From contig JBKBOT010000006.1 in the NCBI GenBank assembly GCA_046293555.1, forward strand, positions 1-64,000: 64,000 nt of DNA. Direction: 5' to 3'. Positions 1 to 9,983 of this stretch are shown in pieces. The position numbers were made by a program, and so were the translations under genes. The first letter of the stretch is position 1; each line of letters begins with the position of its first letter. Under the pieces are notes generated by a model. That model was not told the origin of the DNA. It did no database searches and saw nothing but the letters and a program-made list of their open reading frames with translations. The stretch comes from Pyrobaculum sp. (GTDB lineage: Archaea > Thermoproteota > Thermoprotei > Thermoproteales > Thermoproteaceae).

Positions 1-195
1 GACGTGTTAGATACAGCCTCGCCTACCCCCGGCTACGGCTCTAAGCTCGGGATTGACGCCACCCGTAAGCTGCCTGAAGAGTATGGCGGCAGGCAGTGGC
101 CCGAGGAGGTGACCCCAGATGTGGAAACCGCCGAGAGGGTACGAGACGTGGTGGCGCGGATATGTGGCGGCTTGTGTTCAGGGGGGGAGAGATAG
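1..195 (+). CDS. UbiD-family decarboxylase, C-terminal fragment (runs off window start)
   Basis: DVLDTASPTPGYGSKLGIDATRK matches the UbiD C-terminal D-x-LD...G-SK-GIDAT motif. Confidence 0.85.
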   Translation, partial: DVLDTASPTPGYGSKLGIDATRKLPEEYGGRQWPEEVTPDVETAERVRDVVARICGGLCSGGER

Positions 196-791
196 AGCGC
201 GTCTCCGAGCCGGCGTTGAGGCTGTCGAGACGACATGTGGGCATTAAGGTGAAGGCCTTTCTAGTTGATGACTTCTCCCTCTGGTCCCAGAGGCGTGGGG
301 GCGGGGCTATCTCCAGGTGGGCGTTCGGCGTGGTGGTGGCAAACGGCGAGGTGGGGCGCCATGTGGTGGCCCTGGCGGAAAACGCCGCGGCGGAATACGT
401 GGCGGCCAGCAGGTTTGTCTATGTGGATAACGACGTCTCCGCCCTAGAGGCCGTCCACGTTGCTTACGTGTTGGAGGCGCTAGACAGGCTGCCCAGATTT
501 AAGCCCGTAGAGGTGGTGGGAGACGACCCCAGGGGGGTGGTGGTGAGGCGGCTCGCCGAGGTGGGGGCCTCTAGGTGGAAAATCGCGCTTCAAGACGCGG
601 TGGTGACTGGAGGCCGGGCGGTGGCCCTGTCGAGACTCGTGGAGGCGGCTGGCAGTTGTGTCATCCGTCTTGTGGATATCCCCTCCGTCGAGGCGCTGAA
701 GGCTGCCGTGGAGCTTAGAGAGAGGCTGGGGCTCCCCAGGGTGGGGCTGGGGGGCCTGCCTACAGACAGGTGGGCTGTGGTGGAGGTGTAG
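162..791 (+). CDS. hypothetical protein, possibly a degenerate GroES/MDR alcohol-dehydrogenase-like fold
   Basis: Open frame, ATG at 162 overlapping the upstream gene end; layout loosely resembles MDR enzymes but Zn ligands are absent. Confidence 0.6.
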   Translation: MWRLVFRGGEIERVSEPALRLSRRHVGIKVKAFLVDDFSLWSQRRGGGAISRWAFGVVVANGEVGRHVVALAENAAAEYVAASRFVYVDNDVSALEAVHVAYVLEALDRLPRFKPVEVVGDDPRGVVVRRLAEVGASRWKIALQDAVVTGGRAVALSRLVEAAGSCVIRLVDIPSVEALKAAVELRERLGLPRVGLGGLPTDRWAVVEV

Positions 792-816
792 TTTTTAAAC
801 TTCTATCTCTGGCTGT

Positions 817-2268
817 GTGATGTCTGAAAGGCAGAGCCCCGCCAAGATTGACGAGTGGCGTAAAGTGGTGGAGTCCGTGAGGGAACTTGGGGCTGAGCCA
901 TACCCCCACTCCTACGTCCCTACCCACAACGTGAAGACGTTAAGCGAGTTGAGGAGACAGGCGCTTTTAGAGCCGTGGCTCGGGATGGTGGTGAGAATTG
1001 CCGGCAGGGTTACAGACGTGAGGCGGCACCCCAACGTGGTCTTTCTCGACCTCTACGAGGACTCGGCCCGTTTTCAAGTCATGGCGGATCCCTCCACGCC
1101 TGTGCTGGCCAGGGTGTGGCGGGGGGATTACGTCGGGGCTGAGGGGCCGATTGTCAAAACCCAGAGGGGGGACTACGCCGTGAGGGCCAACAAGGTTGTC
1201 CTCCTCTCTAAGGCCGTCCAGCCGCTGCCGGAGTGGGGGAAGGTGGACAGGGAGTCTCCCTTCTACATGAGGTACAGGTCTGTAGCTATGGTTCTAGACC
1301 TACAGCTCAGGTGGCGCATCGCGGCGAGGGCCAGGTTGATACAAGCCTTTAGGGAGGCCATGTGGCGCCGGGGCTTCGTCGAGATCCCCACGCCGGTGCT
1401 CCAGCCCATATATGGGGGGGCCGCCGCCCGGCCGTTTACCACAAGGGTGTGGGCTATAGACGAGGAGTGGTATCTCCGCATCTCTCCAGAGCTGTATCTA
1501 AAGCGCTACATAGTGGCCGGATTCCCCAGGGTGTTTGAAATCGGGCCGCAGTTCCGCAACGAGGATATAGACGCCCTCCACAACCCGGAGTTCTGGTCTC
1601 TAGAGGCCTATCAGGCATATGCGGACTATAGAGACATGATGAAACTGACGGAGGAGGTTGTCTACGAGGCGGTGACCTCTGTGTTGGGCACAGCTGTGGT
1701 GAAATATAGAGAGTGGCGGATAGACCTCTCCCCGCCGTGGCGTAGAGTTACGCTACATGACGCCCTGCGGGAATACGGTGGGGTAGATCCAGACAGGTGG
1801 ACAGATGTGGACATCAAGGAGAAGCTAAGGGAGCTCCAGGTGCCGCTTAAGGTGTACAACAGGGGCGTCGCGTTGGTTAAGCTATTTGAGAAAACTGTGG
1901 AGAGGCGGCTGGTGGACCCCACCTTTGTTTTAGACTACCCCGAGGAGTCTACGCCTTTGTGTAAGCCACATAGGGAGAGGGGGGGCCTTGTGGAGAGATT
2001 TGAGGCCTTTGTGGGGGGCCACGAGGTCGCCAACGCCTACACGGAGCTTAACGACCCCGTGAGGCAATATGAGCATTTCGTCAGGGAGGAGGGGCTTTTC
2101 CCCAAGGAGGAGGCCCACCCGCTAGATTGGGATTTTGTAGAAGAGCTGTCTTTCGGCATGCCGCCTACAGGCGGGGTGGGAATTGGTGTAGACAGGCTGG
2201 CGATGGTTATCACCAACGCGGAGTCTATCAAAGACGTTATCCCCTACCCAATTGTGAAGAGGGGATAG
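817..2268 (+). CDS. lysS: lysine--tRNA ligase, class II
   Basis: OB-fold N-terminus, YGGAAARPF, LRISPELYLKR, FRNE..D..HNPEF, GMPPTGGVGIGVDRL. Confidence 0.97.
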   Translation: MMSERQSPAKIDEWRKVVESVRELGAEPYPHSYVPTHNVKTLSELRRQALLEPWLGMVVRIAGRVTDVRRHPNVVFLDLYEDSARFQVMADPSTPVLARVWRGDYVGAEGPIVKTQRGDYAVRANKVVLLSKAVQPLPEWGKVDRESPFYMRYRSVAMVLDLQLRWRIAARARLIQAFREAMWRRGFVEIPTPVLQPIYGGAAARPFTTRVWAIDEEWYLRISPELYLKRYIVAGFPRVFEIGPQFRNEDIDALHNPEFWSLEAYQAYADYRDMMKLTEEVVYEAVTSVLGTAVVKYREWRIDLSPPWRRVTLHDALREYGGVDPDRWTDVDIKEKLRELQVPLKVYNRGVALVKLFEKTVERRLVDPTFVLDYPEESTPLCKPHRERGGLVERFEAFVGGHEVANAYTELNDPVRQYEHFVREEGLFPKEEAHPLDWDFVEELSFGMPPTGGVGIGVDRLAMVITNAESIKDVIPYPIVKRG

Positions 2269-3754
2269 CGACGCGGAGGTAGGCGTAGAGAAAGACAAGT
2301 AGCAGAAAGAGGGCGTTGCCCAAGAGGGCCAGGTTTTGTACATATGTGGCATATATGGCGAGGGCCGTGACTACAGCCGCCAGAGCTATCTCGTAGAGAC
2401 CCACGCCGCCCCCCAACGCCCCCAGCCCCTTGGGTGTGACGTGCCACCTTATCCTCCGCCTTGATAGCCCCAACAGGACGTAGAAAGTGAGGTAGGGGCT
2501 GAGGGCCAGCAGTAATGTAGCCGACTGCGCAAACCTGCCTGCCACCTGTAGGAAATGCATGCCGTCCCTCTTGGCGATCTTATATACATACACCACCTGC
2601 AGGAAGGCGGCAGCCACGAGGGCGGCCTGTAGGGCGAGTATGTAGAACGGCGGTAGTAACACGCCGGCGTATCCCAAAGCCAGGGTTGTGGCCATGGTGG
2701 CAAATGTGGTGACTATCATCAGGGGGTGTGTGGCGACGTTCATGGCTATACTCAGCCTGTGCGACAGGGGGAGAGGCAGCTTGAGGAGCCTAGCCGCATA
2801 CCTGGAGAGGACATACGCCGAGTTGTACGTCCAGCGGGCGTACTGCCTCCTGAAGGACTGGTATCCAGCCGGCACCTCTACGCGTACTGGCTCTCCCGGC
2901 AGGTAGGCCACCCTGCCGCCATGTATGTAGGCCTTTATAGACAGGTCGTAATCATCTGCAGTACAGTTACAAAAGCCCCCCACCTCCCTAAGGAAGTCCC
3001 TCCTCACCGCGATGCCAGACCCCAGGGCGAAGATGGGATGTCCCGCGAGGTGTCTCCCCAAGATAGAGATGTGGTAGAGAAGGTAGCGGTATAGAAACAG
3101 CTGGATCTTGGCGATGGGGGTTTTCACGACGGCGTAGCCGTCCCACCCCAAAAACGCCACCTCACGTCTCCCCACGGCTCTCGCCCTGTCGCAGAGATCT
3201 CGAGGCGGCATGCTGTCTACATCTAGAAACAAGGCCGTGTCCCCCCCGGCGTGTTCCACAGCCCAGTTCAGCGCCACCCCCTTGTAGCCCACGGGGTCTG
3301 GCCGTCTCAACACCCTCACGTTGGGGAAAGACCCCAGGGCGTTTTTTATCTGTTGGAAGTAATGCGGGGGGTCGTCAGAAATTACCAAAATTTCGACGTC
3401 TTGACATCTAAGCGACAGAAGTCTCTCCACTGCCCCCACTATAGTCTCTATACTTTCGTTCTTCACTGGAATTATGATGGACAGCTTTTCCCCCCCCGGC
3501 GGCGGGGGGTCGCCTGGGGAGAGCAGCGTCTTTCTCGCATAGTAGATATAGTGGGAAATCAACAGGAGGGAGGAGATTAACAACGCCATGTAGGCAAGCA
3601 GAAGGGCGTTTTGCAGCCAGAGCGGTATATGGGGCGCGTTGGGCAAGACGACAGGTCCCTCTAACGTCTTGTTTATCACGTCTACAGTCTTGTTGAAAAG
3701 GTCTTGATTTATAGTGTTAACCACAGACCCATAAAACACCAGTGATATATACAT
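2237..3754 (-). CDS. membrane glycosyltransferase family 2 (cellulose-synthase-like); alternative start GTG 3724
   Basis: IIIPVKNE, GYKG.ALN, FLDVD (DxD), TADD, RRQYARW (QxxRW) and several TM segments. Confidence 0.9.
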   Translation of the reverse strand: MYISLVFYGSVVNTINQDLFNKTVDVINKTLEGPVVLPNAPHIPLWLQNALLLAYMALLISSLLLISHYIYYARKTLLSPGDPPPPGGEKLSIIIPVKNESIETIVGAVERLLSLRCQDVEILVISDDPPHYFQQIKNALGSFPNVRVLRRPDPVGYKGVALNWAVEHAGGDTALFLDVDSMPPRDLCDRARAVGRREVAFLGWDGYAVVKTPIAKIQLFLYRYLLYHISILGRHLAGHPIFALGSGIAVRRDFLREVGGFCNCTADDYDLSIKAYIHGGRVAYLPGEPVRVEVPAGYQSFRRQYARWTYNSAYVLSRYAARLLKLPLPLSHRLSIAMNVATHPLMIVTTFATMATTLALGYAGVLLPPFYILALQAALVAAAFLQVVYVYKIAKRDGMHFLQVAGRFAQSATLLLALSPYLTFYVLLGLSRRRIRWHVTPKGLGALGGGVGLYEIALAAVVTALAIYATYVQNLALLGNALFLLLVFLYAYLRVAIPSSQLGRG

Positions 3755-3806
3755 TAGATGGAGATATGATGCGTGCAGTCAATTATATATGGGGGGAGAT
3801 ATATAT

Positions 3807-4523
3807 GTGATTATAGAAAGGGTGAAGTTCATAGAGACCCCCACGGCGTCTCTACTGGGGAGCTGGGGCTCCGAGGAGCTGATATCGCGGCTGGCTGACC
3901 TCCTGTATAGAGGGACGCAAGAGTCCGGCCTTGTGGAGAGGCGGATCGCCGCCTTTTTCCGCAGGGGCCATTGGTCTGTCTTCGAGTTTATGGGCGCCCA
4001 GTTTTTGGTGGAGTGTTCCCGCGCCTGCCACACACAGTTTATCCGCCACAGGGTTGCGTCATATTGGGCTGAGTCACAGCGCTATGTGGACTACACCAGG
4101 AGGGAGATACGTTTCGTGGTGCCCAGAGGCTTCCCTAGAGATGTGTTAGAGAGGGCGTATGGCGACTACATGAAGCTGAGAGAGGGGCTGGCGCCGGAAT
4201 ACGCCAGGATGGTTCTGCCCAACGCCACGGCGGTTTCTTTCGCGGTGCAGATGAACGCAAGAGAGCTACTGCTAAACTTCGTGCCGTTGCGCTGCTCGGC
4301 GGCGGCGCAGGCGGAGATCAGACATGTCTGCTGGCAGATATTCGCCCATGCGTGGAAGCTATGGCCCACCCTGGCGAGGTTGGTGTGGGAAGAGCTGCCA
4401 ACTCTCCACAGGGATTTCTGCACCAAGGCCCCCAGGGGGGAGGACTGTAGGCTATACGCCATAAGGGATGCAGAGGAGAAACACGGCCCGCTGCCAGAGA
4501 GGCCGTGGTTAGGCGGGTTTTAA
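3807..4523 (+). CDS. thyX: FAD-dependent thymidylate synthase
   Basis: GHWSVFEF, SRACHTQFIRHR, ESQRY, ARMVLP, MNAREL, AQAEIR; start placed at GTG after the TATA at about 3783. Confidence 0.93.
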   Translation: MIIERVKFIETPTASLLGSWGSEELISRLADLLYRGTQESGLVERRIAAFFRRGHWSVFEFMGAQFLVECSRACHTQFIRHRVASYWAESQRYVDYTRREIRFVVPRGFPRDVLERAYGDYMKLREGLAPEYARMVLPNATAVSFAVQMNARELLLNFVPLRCSAAAQAEIRHVCWQIFAHAWKLWPTLARLVWEELPTLHRDFCTKAPRGEDCRLYAIRDAEEKHGPLPERPWLGGF

Positions 4524-5356
4524 TCAGGGGGCTTGAGGCGGGGTCGGCCTATTTGGCCTACCTCCTGAGAGAAGGCGGCGTGGAGGTAGACATATTGACC
4601 GGAAGCCCCACGGACCCCCTTCTCGACGTGCCTCCCTTTGAGCCCTTTTTCACACTTGACTTTATTAAAGACGTGCTTGCAGTAAGGATTGTAGATACCC
4701 CCAGGGGGGGTTACGACGCCGTTGTGGACTCATGTGATGTAGACCTCCGGCCGTTACGTAAGGCGCTGGAGGGAGACAAGCCGACATACGTGGTGGGAGA
4801 CAGCTGGCTTTCTGCATCGCTATCTCTATATCGCTCGCTGCCAGTTCCAGACGTGGATATAGACCTCCCCGTGGAGAAAACCGACCGGTTTATAGAACTT
4901 TCCATAAAGTACAGGCCCTACGCCGGGGGGGACTACACGCTATGTGGCAGCTTTAGAGACGGTTGGGGTGGTTGTCTCTATACGCCAATGAGGGCGCTGG
5001 AGCGTATCTACATAGCTGCCGACATCTACGCCGTGTTGACCAACAGGGAGGCGCCCCGCCGTAAGGTCAAGCTGGAGTACGCAGTGGGGAGAGACAGAGC
5101 CTATGTGGCCATGGGCTGTAGGCCAGAGGGGAGGGGCTCCCGGATAAATATGGGCGACGTACAGGTCTGGGCCTACGGCGGTGGGTATCTCCTTATTTCC
5201 AGCAGGCCGGAAGACCTCCCGTGGGCTCTCGCCATATATAACCTAGCCCGCGTGTTAAACACGGCGCCGCTATATGATATCTCCCACAGGGGGAGGGGGG
5301 CGGTAAACATGGCCTCTCTACCTCTACTATTTAGAGAAGCCAGGCAGACGTATTGA
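4505..5356 (+). CDS. hypothetical protein with a degenerate FAD-dependent oxidoreductase-like N-terminus
   Basis: 283-aa ORF overlapping thyX; [22 protein letters not shown] resembles a decayed Rossmann beta-alpha-beta unit. Confidence 0.65.
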   Translation: MVRRVLIRGLEAGSAYLAYLLREGGVEVDILTGSPTDPLLDVPPFEPFFTLDFIKDVLAVRIVDTPRGGYDAVVDSCDVDLRPLRKALEGDKPTYVVGDSWLSASLSLYRSLPVPDVDIDLPVEKTDRFIELSIKYRPYAGGDYTLCGSFRDGWGGCLYTPMRALERIYIAADIYAVLTNREAPRRKVKLEYAVGRDRAYVAMGCRPEGRGSRINMGDVQVWAYGGGYLLISSRPEDLPWALAIYNLARVLNTAPLYDISHRGRGAVNMASLPLLFREARQTY

Positions 5357-5611
5357 AGCCGCCACGGCCCTCGCCCTTTTGGAGGTACCCACTATCTTTA
5401 CAGTCCGGCAGTTATCTAAAAGCGCCACCACTGCCCTCACTGCCCTCACCGCCTCTCTGGGGACGCCTAGGGCTAGTATGTCGTCATATATCGCCACGAG
5501 GCGCGGCAGGTGTGTCAACGAGATAAAGCCAGCCAGTGGGTAGAACTCTAGGATCTGTAGGTAGCAGCTGGGGGGGTCCCCCCTGACGATAAGATATCTA
5601 TACTTCATCAC
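5327..5611 (-). CDS. rnp2: ribonuclease P protein Pop5/Rpp14 (diverged)
   Basis: KYRYL start, R...VRA..AL and V..GT.KRA motifs; adjacent to Rpp30 and L15e. Confidence 0.7.
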   Translation of the reverse strand: MMKYRYLIVRGDPPSCYLQILEFYPLAGFISLTHLPRLVAIYDDILALGVPREAVRAVRAVVALLDNCRTVKIVGTSKRARAVAASIRLPGFSK

Positions 5612-6128
5612 CTCCGGCCACGAGCTCTGTGAGTATAGCCAGGGAGTTTTTTACCGGGGCTTCCCACCTGGAGTCCCTACTGATTTCTACTAACAACGCG
5701 GCGACATCTAGAGGCGCCTTTACGTCAGAAGGGCTTTCCACCGGCGTAGACACCACGGTGGCCTCTGGCTCCAACACCTCTAGCCATTGCCACAACAGTG
5801 GCAGGTTGCCGAGAAGTGGCCTTATGGGTAGCTCCACATATTTGCCATATCTCAACGCCGACCTGGCCTGCGCCCTCGATATGGGGTTACGCCAGTTCAC
5901 CCTAATTATCTGCACGTCTCTGTGGAGATATACGTTAAATTTTTCCCTCCCGGAGGCCTCGGCCCACCTTATGTCCACGCCTCTTACAAATGGCGCCAGG
6001 AGCTCCGTGGCTGCCTCTCTACGTAAAACCGCCGCCCGTACCCCCACCTCCCAAAGTGCTTCCTCCACCTGGCGGCTAGGGGCCGCCAGGTCCCACTCCA
6101 CAAAGCCGCGTTTAACCACAGGGGCCAT
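5598..6128 (-). CDS. rnp3: ribonuclease P protein Rpp30 (diverged)
   Basis: AR.A....VEL...PLL and VVST...S..DVKAPLDV motifs; synteny with Pop5, DUF54 and L15e. Confidence 0.7.
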   Translation of the reverse strand: MAPVVKRGFVEWDLAAPSRQVEEALWEVGVRAAVLRREAATELLAPFVRGVDIRWAEASGREKFNVYLHRDVQIIRVNWRNPISRAQARSALRYGKYVELPIRPLLGNLPLLWQWLEVLEPEATVVSTPVESPSDVKAPLDVAALLVEISRDSRWEAPVKNSLAILTELVAGGDEV

Positions 6129-6456
6129 CTCTAGCCCTGACCTTTATTCTAACCACGTCGTCATGTGTGGCTAGTCTAGCCACGCCTCTAGCTAACAGCT
6201 GTTTGTCTAGACGTATGTAATAAATGCCGTCTTCAGCCGGCTGGACGTGGCGGAGTATATCACACAGCTTGTCTAAAACCGCGTCGCAGCTCTCCAGAAG
6301 GGAGGTGAGGAGGTATATGGGGTTGCCGTGATGCCCCCGGTGGATCTCCACAACTATGGGGATCTCCCCAAAGAAGCCCCGCAGGGTTTCTACCACCCTG
6401 TCTAGACTTTCTGTGGCGTGTACAATCACGCTGATTTCTACATATCTACACCTCAC
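6112..6456 (-). CDS. exosome-associated RNA-binding protein (DUF54/COG1325-like)
   Basis: [28 protein letters not shown]; start GTG 6456 lies 19 nt after a TATA. Confidence 0.85.
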   Translation of the reverse strand: MRCRYVEISVIVHATESLDRVVETLRGFFGEIPIVVEIHRGHHGNPIYLLTSLLESCDAVLDKLCDILRHVQPAEDGIYYIRLDKQLLARGVARLATHDDVVRIKVRARDGPCG

Positions 6457-6516
6457 ATGTGGCCCCCACCTCGGGTTTTTATAGAAAAACTTAAATAGGT
6501 GCCATAGAGAAAGGCC

Positions 6517-7089
6517 GTGGCGCCGTCTGCATATAGCTATATGGCCATGTGGTATAGAAAAACAGGCAGAGCGGTACACGAGGAGTTAATGCGGAAGATA
6601 TTGGCGCAATGGAGGAGGGCGCCCTCTATAGTTAGGGTGGAGAGACCCTTTAGGCTAGAACGGGCGAGAAAACTGGGCTATAAGGCAAAACAGGGTGTGG
6701 TAGTGGCGAGGGTAAGAGTGGCCAGAGGCCCCTTCAATAGGAGAAGGCCGGACTCAGGCAGAAGGCCAAAGAGGATGGGCGTCTACGGCATAACTGCGTG
6801 GAAGTCATGGAGGCAGGTGGCCGAGGAGAGAGCCGCCAGGAGGTATCCAAACCTCGAGGTGTTAAATAGCTACTGGGTGGCTGACGATGGGATGTATCGA
6901 TATTTTGAAGTAATTATGGTAGATTGTCGCTCCCCAGCGAGAGACAGCTATCCAGACGTCTGCGGGAAGAAGGTGCCCAGAAGGAGAATTGTACGGAGGC
7001 TGAGAGAAAGACAGAGAAAACTTATAGAATATCTAAGAAGACGCTTTAAATACTTTTCCACCGAGCCAGCTGGCTCTCCGTCTATCTAG
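6517..7089 (+). CDS. rpl15e: 50S ribosomal protein L15e
   Basis: ARKLGYKAKQG, GRRPKRMG, AEERAARRYPNLEVLNSYWV. Confidence 0.97.
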   Translation: MAPSAYSYMAMWYRKTGRAVHEELMRKILAQWRRAPSIVRVERPFRLERARKLGYKAKQGVVVARVRVARGPFNRRRPDSGRRPKRMGVYGITAWKSWRQVAEERAARRYPNLEVLNSYWVADDGMYRYFEVIMVDCRSPARDSYPDVCGKKVPRRRIVRRLRERQRKLIEYLRRRFKYFSTEPAGSPSI

Positions 7090-7363
7090 TAATAACAGGC
7101 TGTTCGCCCTAGTTGATGCCAGCTTTCTAAATAACAGCTTTACAAATAATTAAACTACACAACCCGACCAGTTTGACAGATGTTGTGTTGAGTCTTGGTT
7201 GTGGCCGTGAATAAGTCCTTGCAGATGGCCAACTATCGCTATAAAATGGGAACTGCGTGGAAGTCAGGCGGCAAGTAGCTGAGGGGAGTGTTGCTAACTT
7301 CTTTAGGTGTCAGAACTTCGGACACTCTTAGCCATAAGTATTTGCGGAGATTCTAAACGCAAG

Positions 7364-7435
7364 TGGGCCCGCCGGGATTTGAACCCGGGACCACCCGCGC
7401 GTGAGGCGGGCATCATACCGCTAGACTACGGGCCC
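7364..7435 (-). tRNA. tRNA-Val(CAC), no intron, CCA not encoded
   Basis: GGGCCCG/CGGGCCC acceptor stem, CCCGC-CTCACGC-GCGGG anticodon arm, GGTTCAAATCC T-loop; TTTAAAAA TATA about 20 nt upstream. Confidence 0.97.
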
Positions 7436-7466
7436 CGTGGTGTATGTATAGACTTCTTTTTAAATT

Positions 7467-7841
7467 TTATCTGACTGGCGTCTGTATTTCTACCTCTACC
7501 TCCGGGGGGAGCTGCCGTGTGTCTACCTTTAGGTATATCTCTCTGGTGGGCATGCCTATGGTTTTCCCCTCCTTTAGAGCCCAGAACAGAATTGTGGCGT
7601 AGGCGTTGTCCACCTTGTCTGAAGTCCCCACAAATTTCGTCACGGCCATTGTGGTGGGGGGGAGGGTCTTGTCGCCATTGGGGTCTGGGGTGAATATCTC
7701 TACTACCATGTCGCCTCCCTCCTTGCCGTGAAATATCAAGATGGCGTCTTGCCTCAAGTCTGCAGCTAGGGCGTTTCTATTGGGGACTTTTTTCACTGTG
7801 CTAAACCCTCTTATCTCTCCAACCTCTTTTATCTCCACCAT
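7467..7841 (-). CDS. GyrI-like small-molecule-binding domain protein
   Basis: G......AY..I..W....G....P.REIYL......EIQ.PV pattern. Confidence 0.75.
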   Translation of the reverse strand: MVEIKEVGEIRGFSTVKKVPNRNALAADLRQDAILIFHGKEGGDMVVEIFTPDPNGDKTLPPTTMAVTKFVGTSDKVDNAYATILFWALKEGKTIGMPTREIYLKVDTRQLPPEVEVEIQTPVR

Positions 7842-7902
7842 GGCCAGAGGTTTGGCACCATTATTTAATATTTTCTTTATAAAGAGGGGCAGCTGCTCTA
7901 TA

Positions 7903-8607
7903 GTGTCTTCCCTTCAAGATGCCGTCCGTGTGATAAATGGCGGGAAGAAAGAGGGGGTAGTGGTAGTGGTGGGGACATGTGAGGTGTGGTACGCCGGGAG
8001 GGCTTCCGCCAGGCTGAAAAAAGGCCGTAGGCTTGTGTTAATAAAAAAAGACGGGACGCTTTTAGTACACGAGGCCGAGAAGGCCCAGCCAAAGGTGTGG
8101 AACCCCCCGGGGAGCTCCACCGCGGCGTATGTAGAGGGGGGGACGTTAGTGCTCAAAAGCGTGAGGCAGAGGCCGTTCGAGACCGTAAGGGTGGTCTTCC
8201 ACGACGTGGAGTTCGTAGGGGTCTTCAAGATGGGCTCCACGGAGCTGGAGCTCGTGGGGAGTGAGAGAGATGTGGTGGAAATCTTGGCCAACGCCCCGTG
8301 GCTAGTCGAGGAGGGGCTCGTGGTGTTGGGCGTAGAGGTGCCCACAGACGTGGGCCATGTAGACATCTTGGCGCGAGATAGAGAGGGGCGGCAGGTGGTG
8401 ATTGAAGTTAAACGGGATGTGGCTAGTCACGACGCCGTGTTTCAACTGGCGAGATACGTGGAGTCACTTAGGCGGAGGGGGGTGGAGGCCAGGGGGGTGC
8501 TGGTGGCGGCTGACATCACCACCACTGCTGCAGAATACCTAAGGAGATACGGCCTGGAGTTCATAAAGATAAACCCCCGCGACCTATATCTAGATGTATT
8601 ATCCTAA
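7903..8607 (+). CDS. nucS: endonuclease NucS/EndoMS
   Basis: C.V.Y.GRA...L, K.DGT.LVH, W.PPG, G.VDIL..D, IEVKR, AV.QL.RY. Confidence 0.95.
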   Translation: MSSLQDAVRVINGGKKEGVVVVVGTCEVWYAGRASARLKKGRRLVLIKKDGTLLVHEAEKAQPKVWNPPGSSTAAYVEGGTLVLKSVRQRPFETVRVVFHDVEFVGVFKMGSTELELVGSERDVVEILANAPWLVEEGLVVLGVEVPTDVGHVDILARDREGRQVVIEVKRDVASHDAVFQLARYVESLRRRGVEARGVLVAADITTTAAEYLRRYGLEFIKINPRDLYLDVLS

Positions 8608-8647
8608 CATTTTAGGAAATATTTTAAATAGATACATATATACGGCC

Positions 8648-8845
8648 GTGTATAGAGTATTGATAAACAGGAAGTTGGAGAGGGTGCTGGTTACAGGGAG
8701 GGAAGGCGACTTGGAGCTACTAAAAGAGGGGTGGGAAATAGTCTTCCAAGCCCCCCTCTGGAAGACAGCTTTTAACTACGCCCTAGAGGTGGCCGAAGAT
8801 GAAATAATTGAGTGGTATTACGAGGACCAGATGGCGGCTTTATAA
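8648..8845 (+). CDS. small hypothetical protein (paralog of 22130-22375)
   Basis: GTG 17 nt after TTTTAAATA; shares MYRV..N..R.L.T...GW...W..A...A......EW..EDQ with the 22 kb ORF. Confidence 0.8.
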   Translation: MYRVLINRKLERVLVTGREGDLELLKEGWEIVFQAPLWKTAFNYALEVAEDEIIEWYYEDQMAAL

Positions 8846-8865
8846 GGGAGTTGTCGAGACGGCCT

Positions 8866-9903
8866 TTATAGCCATCTCGCGTCCAGCGGAGCCCCAATTG
8901 TGGACCCCCAGGCGCCAATTGCCGCAACGCCTTTTTTAAACAACCCCGTCGGGTGTCCGCCCGCCTGCTACGCCTATCATAAGCCCGACCCCCCTCACGC
9001 CCCCACCCAACTTCCCCTGGAGTTTAATCTCCCACTGCATGGTAGAGCTGCCCCTCTTCCTCAAGACGCCAGGGCGGCCGCCACGGCTGACGGATTTCCG
9101 CCAAAAGTATTGACGTGGGAGCCTCTGGGTAGAGACATGACTTCCGCCCTGCCGATCATGGCGCCGAGTGGGAGGCCCGCGGCGATGGCCTTCGCCGTGG
9201 CCACCAGCGCCGAAACGGCGAGCCACCTCCCCGACTTGCCAAATTCGGTTTACTGCAGGCAAGATGCCGGATTTCTCTTAACCTTCTTCAACACTGTATG
9301 AAGTTTTTGGCGGCACCACATAGCCCCAGGGTGGGCTCTATCAACACCAGGGCCACCTCCTCGGGGTCACAAGCCTGGCGAAAATCCAGTCTTAAAGAGG
9401 GGGCGCCACCTTCCCCCGGCGTGGAGGTCTTGAGGGGGCAGCGGGGAGTGGTGGGCGTGAATTACGGCGGGGATTCTGTATGGTTTTAAAGGCGGCAAGG
9501 CTCATTGGGCCACGTCCGTGGAAAGCCACCACGTGGGGCCTTTGAAGTACCCTCTGGCGGCTTTTAGCACCTCCTCTATAGACTCGGCGCCGCTGTTTGT
9601 ATACCTTTTTCTTTCCGGAAATAGGCGTGATGGCGGTCAGCATTTCTGCCTTACCGCCGCTAAAAATCTGTGGTGGAGAAACTCTGCCTGTCTTGGCCTC
9701 TTGGGGTGGGCATGTCTTACGGCGATGCCCACGTTGGGGTTTCTGTCGACGTCTTCAAGGCCTCCTGGCGATCGCCAGGGGGTACCACCTGGCGAATAAC
9801 TGCATGATGGGCTGCCGGTCCCTTCTAGAGCCTTCGGGCGCGGCGGCTTCACCACGATTTGGGGCACCTTGTCGGGATCTATGGGCCGGTGCCATTTGGG
9901 CAT
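8866..9903 (-). pseudogene. eroded class III (4-aminobutyrate/acetylornithine-type) aminotransferase pseudogene
   Basis: Motifs in the correct order but in different frames: MPKW..VPQIVVKPP, EDVD, TNSGAESIEEVLK, AFHGR, IEP, AKAIAAGLPLGAM, H.NTFGGNP, VRGVGLMIGV, FKKGV. Confidence 0.9.
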
Positions 9904-9935
9904 ATAGAGTTAAATTTCCCACCGTGTGGCGAAAT

Positions 9936-9983
9936 GTGATGTGGGCTGGGTTGATGAGTGGTGATTACTTAGGAGCCAGCTGA
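9936..9983 (+). ncRNA. box C/D guide sRNA candidate
   Basis: C GTGATGT (9936) - 11 nt - D' ATGA - C' GTGATTA - 12 nt - D CTGA (9980-83); TTAAATT about 19 nt upstream. Confidence 0.65.

Noticed and set aside
817-2268. Class II LysRS in an archaeon
   Set aside because: Already known for several crenarchaea; not novel
5327-6128. Highly diverged RNase P proteins
   Set aside because: Consistent with the known minimal RNase P of Thermoproteaceae; no RNase P RNA was recognised in this window
8900-9983. Several 60-130 aa ORFs on both strands
   Set aside because: They are shadows or fragments of the aminotransferase pseudogene
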